Sequence record: SRR20825006_128
DNA length: 64,000 nt
Direction: 5' to 3' (one strand)
The translations under genes and the position numbers were made by a program. Within the stretch, counting starts at the first letter, position 1. The number at the start of each line of letters is the position of its first letter. Below, in pieces: positions 49,212 to 58,056 of this stretch. The notes beneath the pieces were generated by a model. That model did no database searches, was not told the DNA's origin, and saw only the letters and a program-made list of their open reading frames with translations.

Positions 49212-49488
49212 TGTAAATTATATAAGCACTAAATTATATTACAAATGTAAATAATATAAACACAATTGTAAAATTACATTTGTAAACAGACGTATTTTTA
49301 ATTGAAGCTTTTACTTAAAAGGAATGGTATAAGTAACTGTAAAAAAGTGTATTAATAGAATAAAAAATGTTCTTTGGAATAATTCCTTTTGCGCTGTTTA
49401 CTATCAAATCATGTTGTTTATCGATGTAAACAAATGAGCGATAGTTTTCCGTTTACATTTGTAATATCTCGAATGTTTACATTTGTGA
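49203..49488. promoter_or_regulatory. Array of TTACA-N2-TGTAA palindromic operator-like sites in a divergent promoter region
   Basis: 12-mers at 49205, 49239, 49260, 49274, 49418, 49453 and 49477. Confidence 0.8.
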
Positions 49489-49503
49489 CTTATTTAAATC
49501 CTT

Positions 49504-50679
49504 ATGAATTATACCACTTTGCGTGATTGGCATAAGCTTCATCACGAGAAAGCCTTGTTTGGGCGTTACATTACAACTTCACATATACAACCGCTAATTG
49601 ATCAACTTCCAGAACTGTTTCATGTAAAAAGTTTAGGTTATTCTGTTGAAAATCGTCTGATACAATCGGTGACTTTTGGTACCGGTCCTATTCAGATCTT
49701 AGGTTGGTCTCAAATGCATGGGAATGAAAGCACCACAACCAAAGCTTTATTTGACCTTTTTAGGTGGTTAGCTGCACATCAGGATCTAACTGAGGTTAAG
49801 CGTCTTTTAAATGCGTGCACGTTTACTATGATCCCTATGCTCAATCCTGACGGCGCTGAGGCATATACTCGCGTAAATGCCAATCAGGTAGATTTAAATA
49901 GAGATGCGCAGAACTTGACCCAGCCTGAAAGTAGTATTCTTAAGGAGGCTTATACTTCGATCAAACCTGATTACTGTCTTAATTTACACGGACAACGCAC
50001 CATATTTGGTGTAGGAAGTCCGGCTAAGAGCGCTATAGTATCTTTTTTATCACCATCTCAGGATGAATTGCGCACCGTGACGGCATCTAGAAAAATAGGA
50101 ATGTCTATTATAAGTGATCTCAATGAAATGCTTCAGCAATTTATTCCGGGAAGTGTGGGGCGTTATGATGACGGATTTAATCTTAACTGTGTGGGGGATA
50201 CCTTGCAGCAATTAAATATACCTACCATCTTGTTTGAAGCTGGTCATTTTCCCGAAGATTACGAGCGGGAGCAGACCAGATGTTTTATGTTTTTATCATT
50301 AATTCGCGTTTTTGAGTCGGTTTTATTGCTCAAATCTGAAGAAATAGGGGACTCAAATTCGTATTTCGCTATTCCGGAGAACAAAAAGTGCTACTTTGAT
50401 TGCATAATTCGCAATGTGAATATCCCGCAACTCGGAGTGACCGATATGGCTATTCAATATGAAGAAACTTTAAAGAATGGTGCGTTATTTTTTGTACCTA
50501 AAATTGCTCAGATCGCTGATTTAGATGATTTTGAGGGGCATAAGGAGTTGGATTTTCATCAAAAAGAAATTCAAATTCCAGAAGGAATGAAACTAGAAGT
50601 AGGAACAAATCTTGAGAATCTTCAAGCAAATAGTAATTTACCTACAACGTTTTCGGTAAAAAGCAACAATTTATTATGA
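49504..50679 (+). CDS. M14 family zinc carboxypeptidase-like protein
   Basis: QMHGNE (HxxE), LNPDG, VDLNRD, LNLHGQ and LFEAG; no signal peptide. Confidence 0.9.
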   Translation: MNYTTLRDWHKLHHEKALFGRYITTSHIQPLIDQLPELFHVKSLGYSVENRLIQSVTFGTGPIQILGWSQMHGNESTTTKALFDLFRWLAAHQDLTEVKRLLNACTFTMIPMLNPDGAEAYTRVNANQVDLNRDAQNLTQPESSILKEAYTSIKPDYCLNLHGQRTIFGVGSPAKSAIVSFLSPSQDELRTVTASRKIGMSIISDLNEMLQQFIPGSVGRYDDGFNLNCVGDTLQQLNIPTILFEAGHFPEDYEREQTRCFMFLSLIRVFESVLLLKSEEIGDSNSYFAIPENKKCYFDCIIRNVNIPQLGVTDMAIQYEETLKNGALFFVPKIAQIADLDDFEGHKELDFHQKEIQIPEGMKLEVGTNLENLQANSNLPTTFSVKSNNLL

Positions 50680-50734
50680 ATTATTCAGTGATTTTATATT
50701 ATTTTTGATTTATATATAATTTAATTACTTAATA

Positions 50735-51214
50735 ATGGCAAAATTCAAATTAGACGAGGTTGATCATCAAATCTTAGATATGCTGATTGAGAATACCCGA
50801 ACTCCTTTTACAGATATAGCAAAGAAGTTGTTGATATCTGCAGGTACTGTTCACGTACGTGTAAAAAAGATGGAAGAAGCAGGTATTATTGTTGGGTCAT
50901 CCTTAACGCTTGACTATGCAAAACTTGGCTATTCTTTCATTGCTTACGTAGGTATTTATATAAATAAGACCAGTCAAACCACATTTGTTTTGGAGCGTAT
51001 TAACCAAATTCCTTATGTTACGGTAGCGCATGTAACAACAGGCAAGTTTAATATTTTCTGTAAGGTACGTGCTAAGAATACAGAGCACGCTAAAAATATT
51101 ATCTTTATGTTAGATGATATTGAAGGGGTGTACCGTACTGAAACAATGATTTCTCTTGATGAAAGCATTAACGATAAGAAACGTTTAATGCATAGTATTT
51201 TTCAAGATTTGTAA
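50735..51214 (+). CDS. Lrp/AsnC family transcriptional regulator
   Basis: LDEVDHQIL...TPFTDIAKKLLISAGTVHVRVKKMEEAGII HTH plus a RAM domain (VTTGKFNI). Confidence 0.95.
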   Translation: MAKFKLDEVDHQILDMLIENTRTPFTDIAKKLLISAGTVHVRVKKMEEAGIIVGSSLTLDYAKLGYSFIAYVGIYINKTSQTTFVLERINQIPYVTVAHVTTGKFNIFCKVRAKNTEHAKNIIFMLDDIEGVYRTETMISLDESINDKKRLMHSIFQDL

Positions 51215-51242
51215 AGTAAACCAAAGCATATTTTTATAATAT

Positions 51243-51274
51243 ACCCTTTGGCTTTGTTGACAAAGGGTTTTTTT
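51243..51274 (+). terminator. Rho-independent terminator
   Basis: ACCCTTTG...CAAAGGGT followed by a T-run. Confidence 0.75.
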
Positions 51275-51294
51275 ATTCTAAAACCAGACTATTT

Positions 51295-53880
51295 ATGTCC
51301 AGACAACCAAAATTAGAACGCTTTAATAACCTGGTAAAATCCAAATATCAGGTCTATAACAGCTTGTTCATGACCTTACCATTCCACGGAATAACCGATA
51401 CCGGAGTGCTTTTGCCACTCTTTGATCGTATTTGTACCCGTGGTTATGATAAGCATTACAATCCAGAAAAAATCGTTAATTACTTCTTTGATAAGTATCA
51501 ACGTGATGTATCTGAAGAGGAGCGCTATGACCTGCTCTTTAGATTTATTCAATATATAGAGCGTCAGGTGGTACTCTTTGATGCAATCGAAGATGCTGCG
51601 TATCGTACCGTAAATAATATGGACGGGCGCGGAACTCTTCGTAACATTAAAGAAGAGGCAGAAGCGCAATCAAAGACCGAAGAGCTTAAAGCCTATCTTC
51701 AGGATTTTAAAATTAGACCTGTACTTACAGCACACCCTACACAATTTTATCCGGGAGCTGTATTGGGGATCATTAATGACTTGAGTAAAGCCATTAATGA
51801 AAATAACGTTGAGATGATTAAGAAGTTATTGTCTCAATTAGGTAAAACACCATTTTTTAAGAAAGAAAAACCTACGCCCTACGATGAAGCAGTAAGTTTA
51901 ATCTGGTATCTTGAGAATGTATTTTACAAGGCCTCAAGCCATATTTACAATTATGTACGTCAGAATGTATTTAAAGGAGAAGCTTTTGATAACGAAGTGA
52001 TCGACTTAGGATTCTGGCCTGGAGGTGACCGTGACGGAAACCCATTTGTAACTACCGAAATCACCTTAAAGGTTGCTGCACGTTTACGTAACACCATTAT
52101 TAAGAACTACTATCGCGATATACGCAGTCTTCGTCGCCGCATCACTTTTGTAGGAACCGAAGAACCGCTTGCAGATTTAGAAAAACGTCTATATGAGAGT
52201 ATTTTCCTTCCGGGAGACGAGGTTACTGTGTCCCTTGAAGAATTAGAAACTACCCTGCTTCGTATACGTAAAATCGTAGTTGAGCGTCACGAAAGCTTAT
52301 TCCTAGAAGAAATTGATGATATTCTGAACAAAGTAAAAATGTTTGGTTATCACTTTGCTGTGCTAGACATTCGTCAGGATAGTCGTGTGCATATGCACGT
52401 CATGGAAGAGATCGTAAAGCAATGTGCTAAGGATAACTTGGGTATTTTCCCTGATAACTACCTTGAACTTTCAGAAGAAGAACAAATTAAAGTACTTCAG
52501 GATGTAAAAGGTTCTGTTGATCCATCAACCCTTCAAGATGATATTGCGCGTAAAACTTTAGAAAGTATTTATGCGATGCAAGATATTCAGAAGCAAAACG
52601 GTGAGCGTAGTTGTAATCGTTACATAATTAGTAACAACCAGACCGGGCTCAATGTAATGCAGGCGTTCTCTATGATTCATCTTACCGGTTGGGAAGATCC
52701 TACTGTTGACATTGTACCTTTATTTGAGACGGTTCCAGATTTAAAAATCGCCAAAGAAGTTATGCGGGGCTTGTATACCAATCCAGCTTATGCTGCGCAT
52801 TTGAAAAAGCGTAATATGAAGCAAACCATTATGCTAGGCTTTAGTGATGGTACTAAAGATGGAGGATACTTAATGGCGAACTGGAGTATTTTTAAAGCGA
52901 AAGAAGAGCTTACGCAGGTTTCGAGAGAATTCGGAATTAAAGTGATTTTCTTTGATGGTAGAGGTGGACCACCAGCACGTGGTGGTGGTAAAACACATCA
53001 ATTCTACGCTTCTCTGGGCGATACTATTGAAGATGAAGAAATTCAGGTTACTGTTCAGGGGCAGACCATTAGTTCAAACTTTGGTACGCCAGACTCTTGC
53101 CAGTACAACTTGGAGCAGTTGTTAAGTTCAGGGATCTTTAACGGAGTCTTTTCTCAAAAAACAAAAGCATTCCCGGATGAAGATCGTAAGACGATGGAAG
53201 AGCTTGCAGAGATCAGCTACAAAGCATATTCTGACTTCAAAGCCCACCCTAAATTCTTAGGATATTTAGAGCGTATGAGTACTTTAAAATTCTATGCGAA
53301 GACTAATATTGGTAGCCGTCCTAGTAAGCGTGGCGGAAGCGATAAACTGGATTTCTCTGATCTACGTGCGATTCCTTTTGTAGGATCTTGGTCACAATTG
53401 AAGCAAAACGTTCCCGGATTTTTTGGTGTAGGTACTGCAATCGAAAAATTAGAGGAGCGTGGTGAGTTTGATCGCGTGCAATCATTATACAACAACAGTA
53501 TGTTCTTTAGAACTTTACTAGAAAACAGTATGATGAGTTTGACCAAATCATTCTTCGCACTTACGGCTTATATGAAAGATGATCCTGAGTTTGGAGCATT
53601 CTGGGAGCTTATTTATGAAGAATATGAGCGTAGTAAACGCGTATTGCTAAAAGTTACCGGTTACACCGAACTTATGGAGGATGAGCAGGCAGGTAAGGCT
53701 TCAATTCAAGAACGGGAGCGTATCGTATTGCCATTGTTGACCATTCAGCAATTTGCATTGAAGAAAATTCAAGAAATGCAACGCGAAGAAAATCCGGATG
53801 AGAAAAAGCTAGAAATGTTTGAGAAAATGGTGACGCGCTCTTTATTCGGAAATATTAACGCGAGTCGTAATTCAGCATAA
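51295..53880 (+). CDS. ppc: Phosphoenolpyruvate carboxylase
   Basis: VLTAHPT, WPGGDRDGNP, VPLFET, MLGFSDGTKDGG, GRGGPPARGG, NIGSRP and LRAIPF. Confidence 0.96.
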   Translation: MSRQPKLERFNNLVKSKYQVYNSLFMTLPFHGITDTGVLLPLFDRICTRGYDKHYNPEKIVNYFFDKYQRDVSEEERYDLLFRFIQYIERQVVLFDAIEDAAYRTVNNMDGRGTLRNIKEEAEAQSKTEELKAYLQDFKIRPVLTAHPTQFYPGAVLGIINDLSKAINENNVEMIKKLLSQLGKTPFFKKEKPTPYDEAVSLIWYLENVFYKASSHIYNYVRQNVFKGEAFDNEVIDLGFWPGGDRDGNPFVTTEITLKVAARLRNTIIKNYYRDIRSLRRRITFVGTEEPLADLEKRLYESIFLPGDEVTVSLEELETTLLRIRKIVVERHESLFLEEIDDILNKVKMFGYHFAVLDIRQDSRVHMHVMEEIVKQCAKDNLGIFPDNYLELSEEEQIKVLQDVKGSVDPSTLQDDIARKTLESIYAMQDIQKQNGERSCNRYIISNNQTGLNVMQAFSMIHLTGWEDPTVDIVPLFETVPDLKIAKEVMRGLYTNPAYAAHLKKRNMKQTIMLGFSDGTKDGGYLMANWSIFKAKEELTQVSREFGIKVIFFDGRGGPPARGGGKTHQFYASLGDTIEDEEIQVTVQGQTISSNFGTPDSCQYNLEQLLSSGIFNGVFSQKTKAFPDEDRKTMEELAEISYKAYSDFKAHPKFLGYLERMSTLKFYAKTNIGSRPSKRGGSDKLDFSDLRAIPFVGSWSQLKQNVPGFFGVGTAIEKLEERGEFDRVQSLYNNSMFFRTLLENSMMSLTKSFFALTAYMKDDPEFGAFWELIYEEYERSKRVLLKVTGYTELMEDEQAGKASIQERERIVLPLLTIQQFALKKIQEMQREENPDEKKLEMFEKMVTRSLFGNINASRNSA

Positions 53881-54404
53881 TGGCTAAAGTTATAGATCTT
53901 GATCATAGTGAGTTTAATGCGTTCTACAAGAATTATGTAGAACTCGTTAAACCTGATCAATTATTGTTAGATGCTTTAATTGAAGGGAAGGAGAAAAACA
54001 TAGCTTTTTATGATGATATCCCAGAAGATAAATGGTCGTATGCCTACCAATATGGAAAATGGACCATTTTAGAAGTATTGCAACACGTAATTGATACCGA
54101 GCGTATTTTTTGTTACCGCGCATTGCGAATAGGTAGGGAAGATCGTACGCCGCTACCGGGATTTGAGCAAGATGATTATATAACGCCATCTCGAGCAAAC
54201 CAAAGACAGATGCACGAATTACTAGATGAGTATGCGCTCGTTAGAGATTGTACGATTAGTTTGTTTAAGCATTTTGATGAAGAAGCTTTGGCTTTTAAAG
54301 GAACAGCCAGCGATGCCACGTTGACTACTAGAGCCGCAGGCTTTATAATTTGCGGGCACGAAATTCATCATGCTAATGTAATTCAATCTAAATATCTCAT
54401 TTAA
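53880..54404 (+). CDS. DinB family protein
   Basis: GKWTILEVLQHVIDTERIF, LPGFEQD and GHEIHH. The ATG overlaps the ppc stop (TAATG). Confidence 0.9.
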   Translation: MAKVIDLDHSEFNAFYKNYVELVKPDQLLLDALIEGKEKNIAFYDDIPEDKWSYAYQYGKWTILEVLQHVIDTERIFCYRALRIGREDRTPLPGFEQDDYITPSRANQRQMHELLDEYALVRDCTISLFKHFDEEALAFKGTASDATLTTRAAGFIICGHEIHHANVIQSKYLI

Positions 54405-54427
54405 GAGATCAAGACTTGGAAAAACTT

Positions 54428-54463
54428 AAAAAGGCTACAATTTTAAAATTGCAGCCTTTTTTT
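54428..54463 (+). terminator. Rho-independent terminator
   Basis: AAAAAGGCTACAATTT-taa-AATTGCAGCCTTTTTTT. Confidence 0.8.
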
Positions 54464-54482
54464 AGTTAACTTAACCTTCCTT

Positions 54483-54902
54483 ATGAATTTTAAAAGTAGA
54501 AAAGATCCTTTATTTTTCAGCATTCTGCTCGTGCTGATCACCCTTTTTGTGTTAATTGGTGTTTTTTCAGATTCGGGTAGTGCAACAGGTTGGTATTGGT
54601 ATCTGCTGGGTATAACGCCAACTTCTTTACTTTTTATTTGGTTTTATTTTGGCACTTCTTATTCTTTGTCAGCTTCTTTGTTAAAATATAAATCGGGTCC
54701 ATTAACTGGTTCTATTCCGTTAAAAGATATTCGAGAGATCATTAGAGATAAAACCCTATGGGTAGGGCGTAAGCCTGCAACCGCAAGAAAGGGGCTTATC
54801 ATTAAATACAATCTATATGATGAAATTTATATAAGTCCGCAAAATAATGACGATTTCATCAAAACCATTTTAAGTCTCAACGCTGATATAAAAATCCTAT
54901 AA
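54483..54902 (+). CDS. Membrane protein with a bacterial PH-like domain
   Basis: Two N-terminal TM helices, then GTSY...KSGP...IPLKDI...IYISP. Confidence 0.78.
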   Translation: MNFKSRKDPLFFSILLVLITLFVLIGVFSDSGSATGWYWYLLGITPTSLLFIWFYFGTSYSLSASLLKYKSGPLTGSIPLKDIREIIRDKTLWVGRKPATARKGLIIKYNLYDEIYISPQNNDDFIKTILSLNADIKIL

Positions 54903-54905
54903 TTA

Positions 54906-55997
54906 ATGACCATAAAATTTTATCTGCCGTTTGCTCTTCTGCTTATGGCGTTTACTGCTTGCAAAAATAATGCAACTTCCAATAGAACAGACGAAACCGC
55001 TAAAGCTGTGGCAGACTCCACCGCAATGCAGGCCTATTTACTTACCTATTTTAAAGATGATACGCATAGCTTGCATATGGCATTAAGTACAGATGGATAT
55101 TCTTTTACAGATATCAATGAAGGAAATCCCGTAGTTGCAGGAGATACCATTGCAAGTCAAAAAGGAATTCGGGATCCGCATATTTCACGAGGGCCTGACG
55201 GTGCTTTTTATGTGGTGATGACTGATCTGCATCTTTTTGCAAAAGATCTTGGGTATAGAGATACCACTTGGGAGCGCCCTATTGAAGACTATGATTGGGG
55301 AAATAATAGAGGGTTTGTAATGATGAAATCTTATGATTTAATTCATTGGACGCACAGTAATTTTCTGTTTAATGAGAACTTTGAAGGTTTTGATGAAATA
55401 GGTTGCGCTTGGGCGCCTCAAAGTATTTACGATCCTGAAGAAGGAAAAATGATGGTTTATTACACGATGCGTATGGAGCACGGTTTGACAAAACTCTATT
55501 TCTCCTATGCGAATGAAGATTTTACTGCTTTAGAAACTCAGCCGAAGCAACTCTTTGAATATCCTGATGCCTCTATTCAGGTATTAGATGCTGATATCAC
55601 TAAAATGCCTGACGGTAGATTTTGTATGATGTATGTTGCTCAAGAAAATCCTATAGGGATAAAAATGGCCTTTTCAGACACGATCAATTCCGGATATGTT
55701 TATGATCCTGAGTGGATTGATATGGAACCGGGTTCGTGCGAAGCGCCTAATGTATGGCAGCGTATAGGTACTGATTCTTTTGTGTTGATGTACGATATTT
55801 ACAGTATCAATCCGCATAATTTTGGATTTGTAGAAACCGCCGACTTTAAAAATTTTGAAGATCTAGGGCATTTCAACGAGGGGAAGATGAAGACTACTAA
55901 TTTTAGTTCGCCTAAACACGGAGCTGTAATTCAACTAACCAAGACCGAAGCGCAAAAGCTTGCCGAGCATTACCAGTATGATTTAAAATTTGACTGA
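54906..55997 (+). CDS. Glycoside hydrolase family 43-like beta-propeller lipoprotein
   Basis: Lipobox FTAC; RDPHI, WAPQ, LDADI and CEAP catalytic-type motifs. Confidence 0.85.
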   Translation: MTIKFYLPFALLLMAFTACKNNATSNRTDETAKAVADSTAMQAYLLTYFKDDTHSLHMALSTDGYSFTDINEGNPVVAGDTIASQKGIRDPHISRGPDGAFYVVMTDLHLFAKDLGYRDTTWERPIEDYDWGNNRGFVMMKSYDLIHWTHSNFLFNENFEGFDEIGCAWAPQSIYDPEEGKMMVYYTMRMEHGLTKLYFSYANEDFTALETQPKQLFEYPDASIQVLDADITKMPDGRFCMMYVAQENPIGIKMAFSDTINSGYVYDPEWIDMEPGSCEAPNVWQRIGTDSFVLMYDIYSINPHNFGFVETADFKNFEDLGHFNEGKMKTTNFSSPKHGAVIQLTKTEAQKLAEHYQYDLKFD

Positions 55998-56611
55998 TGA
56001 TCATTAGATTAACCTGTATAGTATTCGTACTAGTTGCCATATTTTCCTGTAAGACTTCTACTGAAGAAAACCTGCTTACCGATTATCCTGCAATTGCCGA
56101 AGATGGAAGTGTAAATGCGGTTATAGAAATTCCGGCAGGAACCCAACAGAAATGGGAAGTCAATAAAACCTCAGGAATCATAGAATGGGAGCAGGTTGAC
56201 GGTACCGGTCGAATCGTAAATTATTTAGGTTATCCCGGTAATTATGGTTTTATCCCGCAAACATTGCTTGCTGAGAAAGATGGAGGAGATGGTGATCCGC
56301 TTGATATACTTGTTTTGGGCAGTCCCGTAAATCGCGGAAGCGTTATTAAATGTAAGATCATTGGCGTTTTATACCTTCAGGATCGGGGAGAGCAAGACGA
56401 TAAGTTGATCGCTGTGGCCAAAGATTCACCTTTTTATCAATTAGACTCCTTAGAAGATCTTGAGGTTACGTATAATGGAGTCGCTGATATCATTAAGCTT
56501 TGGTTCATCAATTATAAAGGTCCGTCTAAAATGGTTTCCAAAGGTTTTGGAGATAAAGATGCTGCACTACAGGTGCTTGAAGCTGCCATAACGGGCTTTC
56601 AAAACAAATAA
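55997..56611 (+). CDS. ppa: Family I inorganic pyrophosphatase with a lipoprotein signal
   Basis: VIEIPAG, KWE, YPGNYGFIPQT, DGDPLD, DDKLI and YK motifs; N-terminal lipobox IFSC. Confidence 0.9.
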   Translation: MIIRLTCIVFVLVAIFSCKTSTEENLLTDYPAIAEDGSVNAVIEIPAGTQQKWEVNKTSGIIEWEQVDGTGRIVNYLGYPGNYGFIPQTLLAEKDGGDGDPLDILVLGSPVNRGSVIKCKIIGVLYLQDRGEQDDKLIAVAKDSPFYQLDSLEDLEVTYNGVADIIKLWFINYKGPSKMVSKGFGDKDAALQVLEAAITGFQNK

Positions 56612-56632
56612 GCCACCTTGAACGGTGGCTTA
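56609..56632. terminator. Hairpin between convergent genes
   Basis: TAAGCCACC-ttgaac-GGTGGCTTA, with a weak U-tail. Confidence 0.6.
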
Positions 56633-56659
56633 GAATTTCAGTAGTAGTTTAAATTTTAT

Positions 56660-57196
56660 CTAGTGCTGTTTTAAACCTGCGTCAAAATAATTCATCCAGT
56701 TGTCCTGCACTTTAAGCACTTGTTCGATCACATCTCTTACGCAGCCTTTTCCGCCTTTTTTGTGAGAAACATATTTAGCAACTTCTTTAATTTCTTTTAC
56801 AGCATCTTGTGGACAGGTAGGCAGCCCAACTTCTTTCATCACAGGATAATCAGGGATATCGTCACCCATATACAATACATTTTCAGGCTTGATGTTTTTT
56901 TCTTCAATGTATTTAGTGAACTGCTTCATCTTAGTGTGTGCGCCTAAATGAATGTCTGTCACACCAAGAGCTGCTAGTCTGTTACGAACACCTTCATTGG
57001 TTCCGCCGCTGATAATGCAGATATTGTAGCCGTTATCTAAAGCACATTTGATCGCATACCCATCTTTAACGTTCATCGTTCTAAACATTTCGCCTTCGGT
57101 ATTGATCATTAATGATCCGTCGGTCATCACACCATCTACGTCAAAAATAAAGGTTGTGATGTCTCTTAAGTATTCTTTATAGCTTTTATCGCTCAT
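56660..57196 (-). CDS. kdsC: KdsC family HAD phosphatase (KDO 8-phosphate phosphatase)
   Basis: FDVDGVMTDG, NVKDGY, YMGDDIPD and GGKGCVRD. Confidence 0.88.
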   Translation of the reverse strand: MSDKSYKEYLRDITTFIFDVDGVMTDGSLMINTEGEMFRTMNVKDGYAIKCALDNGYNICIISGGTNEGVRNRLAALGVTDIHLGAHTKMKQFTKYIEEKNIKPENVLYMGDDIPDYPVMKEVGLPTCPQDAVKEIKEVAKYVSHKKGGKGCVRDVIEQVLKVQDNWMNYFDAGLKQH

Positions 57197-57944
57197 AATA
57201 GTTTTGTATTGCCTTGGTTAATGTGGAATATAATTCTTGCTGCTCAGGAGTCTTTAACGCCTCAAGCTGCTTTTGAATGGTTTGCGTATCGTGGCGCTTT
57301 GCCGGTCCGGTCTGGCTGTTTTCGGGACCATTTAAAAATGCTTTCTCCAGCGTTTCTTCTAATAGCGGTTTTAACAGTTCAAAAGAAACCTGATGCTGAT
57401 TACAAAGTTGCGCTGCTTCGGTTAAAATATGATTCGTAAAATTATTGCTGAAAACTGCCGCAAGATGTATTGAAGCACGGTCCTTAGAATTCATCTGATG
57501 AACAGGTGCATTCAAGCTACCCAAAAGCTTTTCAAGCAATGCATAATCCTCTTGATGATTCGCTTCAAGTAAAAACGGTATTTTTCTATAATTCAGTTTT
57601 TTACTTTTAGTAAATGTTTGCAAAGGATAACATACGCCAATGCGGGTTTTAGGAGCTAAAACATCCATTGCAGTGCTCCCGGAAGTATGTACCAAAAGAC
57701 TATTGGTGTGTTGCAATTTTTCGGCAATTTCCCCAATAGCATTATCACTTACAGCCAAAATAATTAGATCTGAATGGAAGGTATCGCTTACTTGGGTGCT
57801 TACATCAGCAAAGGCTTTAAAGTCGGCTAATTGCGTTGTGGATCTTCCGGCAATGAACTGCAGCTTAGCGCTTTGAGATGTGCTCAAGGCTTTTGCGAGA
57901 TGAAAAGCGACATTACCGGTACCAATTATTGAAACTGAAATCAC
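57186..57944 (-). CDS. Rossmann-like and DUF2520 domain protein
   Basis: IIGTGNVA, AVSDNAI, HTSGS, YPLQTF, HLAAVFSNNF and QTGPAKRHD. GTG start at 57944 inferred. Confidence 0.88.
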   Translation of the reverse strand: MISVSIIGTGNVAFHLAKALSTSQSAKLQFIAGRSTTQLADFKAFADVSTQVSDTFHSDLIILAVSDNAIGEIAEKLQHTNSLLVHTSGSTAMDVLAPKTRIGVCYPLQTFTKSKKLNYRKIPFLLEANHQEDYALLEKLLGSLNAPVHQMNSKDRASIHLAAVFSNNFTNHILTEAAQLCNQHQVSFELLKPLLEETLEKAFLNGPENSQTGPAKRHDTQTIQKQLEALKTPEQQELYSTLTKAIQNYYER

Positions 57945-58056
57945 GCTCCAAAAATACATAAAAACGGCAAAAACGCTAGACAATAGCTGGCGTTAAAGCT
58001 TTATTAATGCTCTTTTGTTTCGTATCTTCGCGCCATCAAAAAATTGCACATTTATC

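Noticed and set aside
49203-49488. Repeat cluster as a CRISPR array or parS sites
   Set aside because: The units are 12 bp and irregularly spaced, there are no cas genes, and they do not match the parS consensus TGTTTCACGTGAAACA.
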